Positions 9,884 through 18,044 of a DNA stretch of 61,044 nucleotides are shown piece after piece. Origin of the DNA: an uncultured Bacilli bacterium (GTDB lineage: Bacteria; Bacillota_I; Bacilli_A; RF39; UBA660); contig CANQTE010000002.1 in NCBI GenBank assembly GCA_947626695.1, positions 1 through 61,044 of the forward strand. The letters run 5' to 3'. How positions within the stretch are numbered: the first letter of the stretch is position 1; every line of letters begins with the position of its first letter. Both the position numbers and the translations under genes were made by a program. Under the pieces are notes generated by a model. It was not told the DNA's origin. It worked only from the letters and a program-made list of their open reading frames with translations, and searched no databases.

Positions 9884-9958
9884 ATATAAAAATTATAGCA
9901 ATAAACTAGCAATAAAGCAATAACTATGTTATAATTTTAAATGAAAGTAGGTGGATAT

Positions 9959-10666
9959 ATGAATATTCCAAATCATGTTGCAATTATCATGGACGGCAAT
10001 GGACGTTGGGCAACAAAAAGAGGACTTGACCGGAGCATGGGACATCTAGAGGGAAGTAAAACTCTTGAAAAGTTAGCTATTCATGCCCTAGACCGTGGTG
10101 TTAAAGTTTTAAGTGTTTATGCTTTTTCAACTGATAATTTTAAAAGAAGTCAAAAAGAAGTAGATTATTTAATGAATTTAATTGTTAAATATTTTAATAC
10201 TAAATTTGAAAAAATATCTAAAAAGGGTATAAAAGTATTAGTTTCGGGACGTAAAACTAACTTGCGAGAAGATGTTTTAAAAGCAATAGATAATATAGAA
10301 GAAAAAACTAAAAATAATACAGCCGGTATACTTAATATTTGTTTAAATTATGGAGGTCAAGAAGAAATAATTGATGGTGCTATAAAACTTGCTAAAGATA
10401 TTAATAATGGTCTTGATATTAGTAATTTTAAAAGAGAAGATTTTTATAAATATTTATATCATGAATTACCTCCAATAGATTTACTTATAAGAACAGGAGG
10501 AGAATTACGTGTAAGTAATTTTATGCTTTATGAATTAAGTTACAGTGAGTTTTATTTTACGAATACATATTTTCCTGATTTTGATAAATCAGAATTTAAT
10601 AAGGCCTTATTTATGTATGAAAATAGAGACCGAAGATTTGGTGGTATAATTGAAAACTCTAAGTAA
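9959..10666 (+). CDS. uppS: isoprenyl transferase (undecaprenyl diphosphate synthase)
   Basis: HVAIIMDGNGRWA, YAFSTDNFKRS and IRTGGELRVSNFMLYE. AGGTGGA precedes ATG 9959. Confidence 0.93.
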   Translation: MNIPNHVAIIMDGNGRWATKRGLDRSMGHLEGSKTLEKLAIHALDRGVKVLSVYAFSTDNFKRSQKEVDYLMNLIVKYFNTKFEKISKKGIKVLVSGRKTNLREDVLKAIDNIEEKTKNNTAGILNICLNYGGQEEIIDGAIKLAKDINNGLDISNFKREDFYKYLYHELPPIDLLIRTGGELRVSNFMLYELSYSEFYFTNTYFPDFDKSEFNKALFMYENRDRRFGGIIENSK

Positions 10667-11102
10667 ATACTTAGATAAACATCGTCTTATTCTAACTTTA
10701 TTAATACTTTTAATAATTAGTATTATCTTTATATTAGTAAGTTTATTATTGTTTTTAAATCATGATTTTGAAGCTTATAAATGTACTAAAAATAAAGAAG
10801 AAGAAATATGTTTATATAAATCTTTAGAAATATTTAAAAATCCTAAAGAAAGTAAAGATAAATTCTTTCTAGAATATCAAGATGAAATAAAAAGTTTAGT
10901 AAAAGAATATAATCTTCCCGAGTTTAATTTTTATACAGCTTATTATTATGAATTAGCATCTAATTTTGATTATCAAAAAAATAAACGAAATGAAACTTTA
11001 AATAAATATTTTAAAATATATTCTAATACTTATAATTTAGAAAAGTTTTATAAAAGAAACAATCATTTTTTTAGTATTTTTTATCCTTATAAAATAATAT
11101 AA
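10650..11102 (+). CDS. hypothetical single-pass membrane protein
   Basis: N-terminal TM helix LILTLLILLIISIIFILVSLLLFL. It overlaps the uppS stop by 17 nt. No recognisable domain. Confidence 0.5.
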   Translation: MKTLSKYLDKHRLILTLLILLIISIIFILVSLLLFLNHDFEAYKCTKNKEEEICLYKSLEIFKNPKESKDKFFLEYQDEIKSLVKEYNLPEFNFYTAYYYELASNFDYQKNKRNETLNKYFKIYSNTYNLEKFYKRNNHFFSIFYPYKII

Positions 11103-11131
11103 AAAACTTTTACTTTTTATATTATTTGTAG

Positions 11132-11137
11132 TATAAT
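11132..11137 (+). promoter_or_regulatory. -10 box (TATAAT) of the coupling-protein gene, bracketed by the 8-bp inverted repeat TATTTGTA/TACAAATA (11123-11144)
   Basis: TATAAT lies 30 nt upstream of the RBS GGAGG, with TTTACT 17 nt upstream. Confidence 0.45.
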
Positions 11138-11167
11138 ACAAATAGTTTTGAAAACGGAGGAATACTT

Positions 11168-13435
11168 ATGAAATTTAAAATAACCCCAAAAGATTTTTTG
11201 ATTTTTTGTCTATATTGTGTTTTATTATTGTATTTGTGTTCTATTGCAGTACTTAATTTTTCTTCCTTTTTAAATGATGGAAAGTTTTATGGCTTAATTC
11301 CCTTTAAAGCTTTTACAAAAGATTATATTGGTATAACTTTATTTATGTTTGTAGCGTCTTTAATAATAGTTTTTACATCTGTTTCTAGTTATGTTTTTAA
11401 TAAAGAAAAAGGGAAAGGAATAGGACTTAAATTAGGAGAAAAAAGTGAAAATGGTTATGCTAGATGGAGTACAGATAAAGAAATTAAAACTGATACTGAT
11501 ATAGTTAAAATTAATCCTCGAGATGAAGTTTTAACTGCCGCGGGTATTCCTTTAATTAATAATGGTAAAGAAATATGGGTTGACAATGGTAGTTATCATA
11601 ATTTAGTAATTGGTTCTACTGGTTCTGGTAAAACTCAAACAATAGTAAAACCAATGGTTAATATATTAGCTAAAAAAGGTGAATCTATGATTATTACTGA
11701 CCCTAAAGGTGAAATATATAAATATGCTGCAGATGCCCTAAAAAAACAAGGGTATAAAATAGTTGTTTTAAATTTTAGAGAACCTAATCATGGTAATGCT
11801 TGGAACCCTTTAACTCTTCCATATAAGTATTTTAAAGCAGGTAATACTGATAAATCAACAGAATTATTAGATGACGTTGCCTTAAATATATTATATGACC
11901 AATCTAAAAAGGGAAATGATTCTGATTTCTGGGAAAAGAGTGCAGCCGATTATTTTTCAGGATTAGCTTTAGGTTTATTTTATGATGCAAAAGAAAAAGA
12001 AGTTAATTTAAATAGTATTAACTATATGAGTACAACCGGAGAAGAAAGATATGCTACATCGACTTATATTAAAGAATATTTCACAATGAAAGGTGAAGAT
12101 TCTAGCCCTTATATCTTTGCCTCTAATACTATAAATGCTCCAAGTGATACAAAAGGTGGTATTTTATCGACATTTAGACAAAAAATAAGGTTATTCTCAT
12201 CACGTGAAAGTTTAAGTGAAATGCTTGCTTATAGTGATTTTGATATGTCTAATATTGGTAAAGAAAAGACTGCCGTTTTTATGATTATTCATGACGAAAA
12301 AAAGACTTATCATGCTTTAATGACAATATTTATTAAACAATGTTATGAAACATTAATTGATGTAGCCCAAGAAAGTGGGGGAAAACTACCATTTAGAACT
12401 AATTTTATCTTAGATGAGTTTGCTAATATGCCTCCTTTAAAAGATGTTGATTCTATGGTCAGTGCCGCGCGTTCCAGAGATATTCGTTTTACATTTATTA
12501 TTCAAAACTTTGCCCAATTAAATGATGTTTATGGTAAAGAAGTAGGTGAGATTATTAAAGGCAACTGTGGTAATTTAATTTATTTAATTAGTACTGAACT
12601 TGCCGCGTTAGAAGAAATATCTAAAATGTGTGGAGAAGTTAAGTCAAAAGAAAAAGATAAAACGGCCTCTACTCCATTAATAACTGTCTCAGACCTTCAA
12701 AAATTAAAATTATTTGAAGCTATAATTATTAGATTAAGAAAAAACCCTTTTAGAACAAAATTAAAACCAGATTTTGAAATGGACTGGGGTATTGAAAGGG
12801 AAGAAGCACCTTACCCAGAAAGAAAAATAGAAAAAATAGAAATGTTTGATGTTAAAAAATATGTAACAGAAGAAAGACGTAAGCAAATGATGAGTAATTT
12901 AGAAAATAAGGATGCATCTAAAGATTTTAGTAATCCTTTTGCTAATCCTTTTGGAATGAGTTCACCTTTTGCGTCTCCTTTTGGAGGGATGGGTCTACCT
13001 ATGGGGGACAGTTTTAAACCAAGCACACCATCAAAACCTGCGATGCCTTTTAGTGATTCTCCAGCTTTTAATAAACCGATTGGTAGTCTAACAGACCAAG
13101 AAATAGATGCCATGATGAAAGATATTGATAAAAGACTTCAAGAGTTAGACGAAGAAGAAGCACGAAGTAAAGCAAAAAATAATGTAGCCAATCCAATTAA
13201 TACACCAGTAGATTTACCAAAAACGGTGGAAAAAGATAATATTATAAATGAAATAAAGGAAGAACCTAAAATAGAAGAAAGTAAGAAAGTAGAAGAAATA
13301 TCAAATATTGCAAATACACCAAAAACAAGTGAAATAAACGATAAACCAAAAATTAATGTTGATGCTGATAGTATCATAGTTAATGAAAATGTAGTTACCG
13401 ATGACGAATTTTTTGACGATTTCTTTAATGAATAA
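11168..13435 (+). CDS. type IV coupling protein, VirD4/TraG family, with a long low-complexity C-terminal tail
   Basis: Two N-terminal TM helices, Walker A VIGSTGSGKTQTIVKP, Walker B NFILDEFANMPPL, and IIQNFAQL. The roughly 200-aa tail has NPFANPFGMSSPFASPFGG repeats and the acidic-aromatic end DDEFFDDFFNE. Confidence 0.85.
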   Translation: MKFKITPKDFLIFCLYCVLLLYLCSIAVLNFSSFLNDGKFYGLIPFKAFTKDYIGITLFMFVASLIIVFTSVSSYVFNKEKGKGIGLKLGEKSENGYARWSTDKEIKTDTDIVKINPRDEVLTAAGIPLINNGKEIWVDNGSYHNLVIGSTGSGKTQTIVKPMVNILAKKGESMIITDPKGEIYKYAADALKKQGYKIVVLNFREPNHGNAWNPLTLPYKYFKAGNTDKSTELLDDVALNILYDQSKKGNDSDFWEKSAADYFSGLALGLFYDAKEKEVNLNSINYMSTTGEERYATSTYIKEYFTMKGEDSSPYIFASNTINAPSDTKGGILSTFRQKIRLFSSRESLSEMLAYSDFDMSNIGKEKTAVFMIIHDEKKTYHALMTIFIKQCYETLIDVAQESGGKLPFRTNFILDEFANMPPLKDVDSMVSAARSRDIRFTFIIQNFAQLNDVYGKEVGEIIKGNCGNLIYLISTELAALEEISKMCGEVKSKEKDKTASTPLITVSDLQKLKLFEAIIIRLRKNPFRTKLKPDFEMDWGIEREEAPYPERKIEKIEMFDVKKYVTEERRKQMMSNLENKDASKDFSNPFANPFGMSSPFASPFGGMGLPMGDSFKPSTPSKPAMPFSDSPAFNKPIGSLTDQEIDAMMKDIDKRLQELDEEEARSKAKNNVANPINTPVDLPKTVEKDNIINEIKEEPKIEESKKVEEISNIANTPKTSEINDKPKINVDADSIIVNENVVTDDEFFDDFFNE

Positions 13436-13491
13436 GAAAAATTCTAATTTATTACTTGCATTTTTAATAAAAATATGTATATAATATTAAT

Positions 13492-13612
13492 AGAAATTGC
13501 AAAGAAATTTCTTAAGGACAAAAAAGAGATGCCATTTGTCGGTGTTCTCTAGTCCAATTTATGAGCTTTTGAACACCTTATCAATGAAGATATGGTGTTC
13601 TAATTTTATTTG
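13492..13612 (+). ncRNA. candidate small RNA, copy A (promoter, 5' hairpin, terminator)
   Basis: TTGCAT-18-TATAAT (13456-13485). The 5' hairpin is AGAAATT/AATTTCT. The terminator is GAACACCTTATC-AATGAA-GATATGGTGTTC (13571-13600) followed by TAATTTTATTT. No plus-strand ORF. Confidence 0.45.
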
Positions 13613-13795
13613 CCAGTATGCTCTCGTTGAATTAGCACTAAAAGTACTACTAGAATAACTAAGTATTCCATAATTCTCCTTGACCATAGGACATCACCTC
13701 TTTCCAAATTAGTATTTATTTAATAATCAAAAATTTTTAATTAATATTTAATATAATAATTGGACTGAGGTAGAACACCAACCTTTGGCATCTCT
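13525..13795. repeat. imperfect inverted repeats (13525-13559 and 13758-13795) bounding the small ORF
   Basis: The left arm is AGAGATGCCATTTGTCGGTGTTCTCTAGTCCAATT. The reverse complement of the right arm is AGAGATGCCAAAGGTTGGTGTTCTACCTCAGTCCAATT. Confidence 0.8.
13559..13687 (-). CDS. 42-codon small ORF (MVKENYGILSYSSSTFSANSTRAYWQIKLEHHIFIDKVFKSS), not in the supplied track
   Basis: Strong SD AAAGAGGTGA 6 nt before the ATG. It lies between 35/38-nt inverted repeats, and its 3' third is antisense to the copy-A terminator. Confidence 0.35.
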   Translation of the reverse strand: MVKENYGILSYSSSTFSANSTRAYWQIKLEHHIFIDKVFKSS

Positions 13796-13919
13796 ATTTA
13801 ATATTATAATATATTTATTAGAAAAAAGCTATTAAAATTTATACATATTACAGTACTTTTTATATTAAAATTTTAATTTAATACTTGTATTTTTAATAAA
13901 AGTAGGTTATAGTATAAAT

Positions 13920-14035
13920 AGAAATCGCAAAGATTTCTAAAAGACAAAAAGAGATATCTTTGTTGGCGTTCTCTAGTCCAATATAATTGTAGCTTGAACA
14001 TCTTATCAATGAAGATATGGTGTTCCTTTTTATTC
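13920..14035 (+). ncRNA. candidate small RNA or leader, copy C (paralogue of copy A)
   Basis: TTGTAT-17-TATAGT (13885-13913). The 5' hairpin AGAAATC/GATTTCT shows a compensatory change relative to copy A. It has the same AGAGAT...GTTCTCTAGTCCAAT core and the terminator 13996-14025 followed by CTTTTT. Confidence 0.45.
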
Positions 14036-14054
14036 CTTTGGATGATTGTTGAAT

Positions 14055-14078
14055 TAGTAGTAGTAATACTACTATTTT
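14055..14078 (+). terminator. hairpin TAGTAGTA-GTAA-TACTACTA followed by TTTT
   Basis: An 8-bp perfect stem, a GNRA-type loop and a T run. Confidence 0.5.
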
Positions 14079-14089
14079 AATTTTCTTAG

Positions 14090-14112
14090 GGCCTTTATTA
14101 TAAAGCCTTTTT
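14090..14112 (+). terminator. hairpin GGC(C)TTTA-TTA-TAAAGCC followed by TTTTT, just upstream of the rhodanese gene
   Basis: A 7-bp stem with one bulge followed by a T run. Confidence 0.5.
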
Positions 14113-14134
14113 AAATTTTTTAATAATATATACT

Positions 14135-14401
14135 GTGATTACTATGAAAAGATTAGACATAAAAGATTATAATAAAAATAAAGGCATATTAATTGATATT
14201 CAAAATAAAATAGATTATAATGACTATCATCACCCAGATAGCATAAATATTCCTTATGAAACATTACTTCTTAATTATAAAACATTGCTTGATAAAAATA
14301 AAAAGTATTATATTGTTTGTAATAAAGGAGTTAAATCTCGTAAAGCAGTAGCCATATTAGAATTTTATGGTTATGATGTTACTCAAATGAGCTATGAGTA
14401 A
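14135..14401 (+). CDS. single-domain rhodanese-like sulfurtransferase
   Basis: Active-site loop CNKGVKSRKA and about 88 aa. The start is uncertain (GTG 14135 or ATG 14144) and there is no clear SD. Confidence 0.7.
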   Translation: MITMKRLDIKDYNKNKGILIDIQNKIDYNDYHHPDSINIPYETLLLNYKTLLDKNKKYYIVCNKGVKSRKAVAILEFYGYDVTQMSYE

Positions 14402-14501
14402 CTTTTTTTTTATAAAAACTAAAAAATATCTTGCTATATTTTAAAACTTATGCTATATTTTAATTGTACTAGTGCATATAATACAGTTTGGAGGAAAATA
14501 T

Positions 14502-15401
14502 ATGATTGAGATTAAAAACTTAAGTAAAAGTTTTGATAAGAAAAATTATGTTTTAGAAAATCTTAATTGCACCATTAAAGATAACGCGATATACGGTCTA
14601 GTCGGTGCTAATGGGGCAGGTAAATCTACTTTACTTAGGTTAATTAATAGCATTTATAATGCTGATAAAGGAACTATATTTATAGATAATGAAGATGTTT
14701 ATGATAATGCGACTTTAAAAGCAAATATGGCTTTTGTCCCTGACGATTTATTTTTCTATAATAATTATAGTTTACTAGATATGATTTATTATTATGATGC
14801 TTTATATCCTAATTTTGATATTAACTATGTCTTAAAAATCGCGGATAAATTACATCTTAATAAAAATGCTAAAATAAGTTCCTTTAGTAAAGGAATGAAA
14901 AGACAATGTGCTTTACTCTGTGCTTTAGGAACTAAGAGCAAATATTTATTTTTTGATGAAACATTTGATGGCTTAGACCCTGTTGTCCGTAAGTTTTTTA
15001 AATCATTACTTGTTGATGCTTTAGAACAAAATAATGCAACTATTATTATGACTAGCCATAATTTAAGAGAATTAGAAGATATATGTGATAACTTAGGTTT
15101 ATTATATAAAGGAAATATCTTATTTGAAAGTGATATTGATACCTTAAAAACAACGATGTTTAAAGTTCAAATATCTCTAAAAGAAGATTTTAATAAAAAT
15201 ACTTTTAAAGAACTTAAATTATTATCTTATAAAAAATTAGGAAGTGTTGCTACTTTAATAATAGATGAAAATGGTAAAGATAGTAAAAAAATATTAGAGA
15301 AACTAAATCCTGTAATATTAGATTATTTACCACTTACTTTAGAAGAAGTATTTATATATCAAATGGAGGCCTTAGGTTATGAATTCAATGAAATTATTTA
15401 A
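14502..15401 (+). CDS. ABC transporter ATP-binding protein
   Basis: Walker A GANGAGKST, signature FSKGMKRQ, Walker B LFFDETFDGLD. GGAGG precedes ATG 14502. Confidence 0.9.
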   Translation: MIEIKNLSKSFDKKNYVLENLNCTIKDNAIYGLVGANGAGKSTLLRLINSIYNADKGTIFIDNEDVYDNATLKANMAFVPDDLFFYNNYSLLDMIYYYDALYPNFDINYVLKIADKLHLNKNAKISSFSKGMKRQCALLCALGTKSKYLFFDETFDGLDPVVRKFFKSLLVDALEQNNATIIMTSHNLRELEDICDNLGLLYKGNILFESDIDTLKTTMFKVQISLKEDFNKNTFKELKLLSYKKLGSVATLIIDENGKDSKKILEKLNPVILDYLPLTLEEVFIYQMEALGYEFNEII

Positions 15402-17304
15402 TATTAATTATTTTAAAGAAAATTTAAGGAAATCAAAGTCAGTTTTAGCATTCTTTTTTGGAGTAATACCTTTATTAAATGTTTTATTATTAGTTATTTC
15501 TATTATAAATAGAAATAATAATATAGAAGTTATAGATTTTTCGGCAATAAGTACTATAACATATATAGGTATGTATATCTTACCATTTGTTCTTTCTGTT
15601 AGTTTATTTGGTTTTGTCTTTAAAAGAAAAAGTGTTGACTTTGTAATGTCAAAGCCCTTAAGTAGAAAAACTATTTATTTTACTAATATATTTGGAGGTT
15701 TAATAGTCCTTTCCATTTTTATCCTCTTAAATACAATTATTTATTTATTATTTAGTTTATTTGCTCCCTTAGTTTTACCTATTTCTTTAGTAATAGATTA
15801 TATGTTATTCTGGCTTGTATCTTATATTTTCATGTTTATTGTAAGTACTTTAGGTATAAGTATAAGTGGTAATTTAATAAGTAGTATTGTTATAATGTTT
15901 ATTATTATTTGTTTCTTTCCTTTTTTAAATATTACATCTACTGTTTTTAATGCGATGAAAAGTAATGATTATATTAAATATAATGATAATTTAGAGGCAA
16001 GTATTTATTGCCAAACAACAGATTGTGAGAAACACTTAGATAATCATGAGTATTATTTAGAATATAATAAATTACCTAACTCTAATAATGTTGCCCCTTT
16101 ATTATTCTTAAATAATGAGGGAATGAATTATAATCTTAGTAGTATAATTAAAATGTTAATATTAAGTTTAATTTATATAATCATAGGATTTTATACCTTT
16201 ACGCATCGTAAAATGGAAAATAATGAAATAAGTTTTAGAAATGAATTAGTCCATTATGTAGTTAAAACAATTACTATTTTTCCAATTTGTCTTATTACTT
16301 ATTTTTTAATATCAGAGGTTGGTCTAACAGGTTTACTTATTAGTATAACTCTCATTCTTATTTATAGTATAATATATGATTTAATAACGAGAAAAGAAAT
16401 ATATAAATTTTTAAAATCAAGTCTTATTTCTTTAATAGTCTTTGGTATATTCTCTGGTGGTTATGCTCTATATTATAATTTCCAAAAAACTCAAGTAATA
16501 GATATAGATAATATTAATAAAATAAGTGTTTATTCAAGTAAGTATGATGATGTAGTAGATATTATAAATAAAGATTTAATAAGTAAAATTATAAGAAGTG
16601 ACCTAACTCAAGATGGTGTATCATATATGCATATGTATATATATGTAGATAATAATAAATATGAATTATATTCTGATATTAGTAGTGAACTAGAAACAGA
16701 AATAAATAAATTATTAAAATTAAAAAAAGAAAGTGAATTAAAGAAATTAACTAATAAAGATATTCTTTATACAGATAAAATTTTAATAGATAAAAAACTC
16801 CAAGATTTAATTATTAAAACTGTAAGTGATACCAAGTTTAATTATGACACAGAAGATAGTCTTATTAAGTTTTTAATATATGATGAGCATAAATTTAAAG
16901 AATATAATATTTCTAAAAATACTAATCAAGAATTAGATAATTATGTTTTAGAAAAATACTCTAAAGAGGCCGTAGATTTTATAAAAAATGAAAAAAATAG
17001 AACAATTAATTTTGTTTACAGTGGCTCTAATTTTGACGATTTTGAAAAAGAAGTATTTAATTATGTTATTAATGAAAATATAGATAGCTTTATAAAATAT
17101 TTAAAGAATAATAATAAAGAATATAAAACAAATTCAAGTTATATCGCGATGTATGGAGCAAATGTTATGTATATACCTATTGGAGATGTCGATAGCTTTA
17201 AAAAAGAATTTCAAAGTTACCAAGAAAAACTTAAAAGTGATGAGACTTATTTAGAATTATTAAAAAATTATGAGAAAGAGTTAAAAGAAAAAAATGAATA
17301 TTAA
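15379..17304 (+). CDS. ABC-2-type permease-like polytopic membrane protein with a large C-terminal soluble domain
   Basis: Many hydrophobic helices in the first ~370 aa, then ~270 aa hydrophilic. It overlaps the ATPase gene stop. Confidence 0.6.
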   Translation: MNSMKLFNINYFKENLRKSKSVLAFFFGVIPLLNVLLLVISIINRNNNIEVIDFSAISTITYIGMYILPFVLSVSLFGFVFKRKSVDFVMSKPLSRKTIYFTNIFGGLIVLSIFILLNTIIYLLFSLFAPLVLPISLVIDYMLFWLVSYIFMFIVSTLGISISGNLISSIVIMFIIICFFPFLNITSTVFNAMKSNDYIKYNDNLEASIYCQTTDCEKHLDNHEYYLEYNKLPNSNNVAPLLFLNNEGMNYNLSSIIKMLILSLIYIIIGFYTFTHRKMENNEISFRNELVHYVVKTITIFPICLITYFLISEVGLTGLLISITLILIYSIIYDLITRKEIYKFLKSSLISLIVFGIFSGGYALYYNFQKTQVIDIDNINKISVYSSKYDDVVDIINKDLISKIIRSDLTQDGVSYMHMYIYVDNNKYELYSDISSELETEINKLLKLKKESELKKLTNKDILYTDKILIDKKLQDLIIKTVSDTKFNYDTEDSLIKFLIYDEHKFKEYNISKNTNQELDNYVLEKYSKEAVDFIKNEKNRTINFVYSGSNFDDFEKEVFNYVINENIDSFIKYLKNNNKEYKTNSSYIAMYGANVMYIPIGDVDSFKKEFQSYQEKLKSDETYLELLKNYEKELKEKNEY

Positions 17305-17656
17305 TATTGATTATCAAACAAGAATACCAATTTATGAACAAATAGTAAGAGAAATAGAAAACTTAGTAACTTTAGAAATATTAAAACCAGGAAGTCAAAT
17401 CATGAGTATTAGGGACCTTGCATGTAGTTTAAGTATTAATCCTAATACTGTTAAAAAAGCTTATGATATCTTAGAAAATAAAAAGATTATTGTCTCTAAA
17501 TCCACGAAAGGTTGTTTTATCGCTGATGATGTAACAAGTGCTAAAAATAGTAAAATAAATGAGATTGTAAGTAATATAAACGAACTTATAAAGGCCTTAG
17601 AAAATCTTGGCTTATCAAAAGAAGACATACTAAAAAAATTAGTTTTAAAAGACTAG
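17294..17656 (+). CDS. GntR-family (YtrA-like) transcriptional regulator
   Basis: PIYEQIVREIENLV...SIRDLACSLSINPNTVKKAYDILE winged-helix motif. Short at 120 aa and overlaps the permease stop. Confidence 0.85.
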   Translation: MNINIDYQTRIPIYEQIVREIENLVTLEILKPGSQIMSIRDLACSLSINPNTVKKAYDILENKKIIVSKSTKGCFIADDVTSAKNSKINEIVSNINELIKALENLGLSKEDILKKLVLKD

Positions 17657-17666
17657 TTTTTTTAAC

Positions 17667-17984
17667 TTAAAGATATAAACCAATCATAAATCCTACTATA
17701 TAACTAGTTATTAAAAAATATATTATAGGTAAAATTTTATTTTGATGGTATATTTCTTTTATCTTTAGATTATACCAAATAGCACTTATAAATAATAGAA
17801 TACTAATAACTAAACTATAAATATTATCTTTAAAATATAAGTAATATAATGGTAAAATAATAAGAAAAATAAAATTAATAATTATGACAAATAAATTATC
17901 ATGATTAATATTAAAATTGTAAAAAAAGTAATAAATAGTAATAAAAATTAAGTAAATAAATGTTAAGTAAAATAAATAAGACAT
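17667..17984 (-). CDS. hypothetical small polytopic membrane protein
   Basis: A 105-aa, almost entirely hydrophobic ORF, convergent with the GntR gene. Confidence 0.45.
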   Translation of the reverse strand: MSYLFYLTFIYLIFITIYYFFYNFNINHDNLFVIIINFIFLIILPLYYLYFKDNIYSLVISILLFISAIWYNLKIKEIYHQNKILPIIYFLITSYIVGFMIGLYL

Positions 17985-18044
17985 TTAATCACCCTTTACT
18001 AATTGTATGTTTTATTATAAAATATAATTACTTGAGGTGAAGAA

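Noticed and set aside
13559-13687. The 42-aa peptide as a classical type I toxin.
   Set aside because: The gene arrangement fits, but the peptide has no hydrophobic transmembrane segment. It is kept only as an unclassified small ORF.
13492-14035. sRNA copies A and C as T-box leaders or a known riboswitch.
   Set aside because: An AGAGA element and a terminator/antiterminator alternative are present. However, there is no T-box sequence (…GGUGGUACCGCG-like), no specifier-loop layout, and copy A has no downstream gene. No riboswitch core was recognisable by eye.
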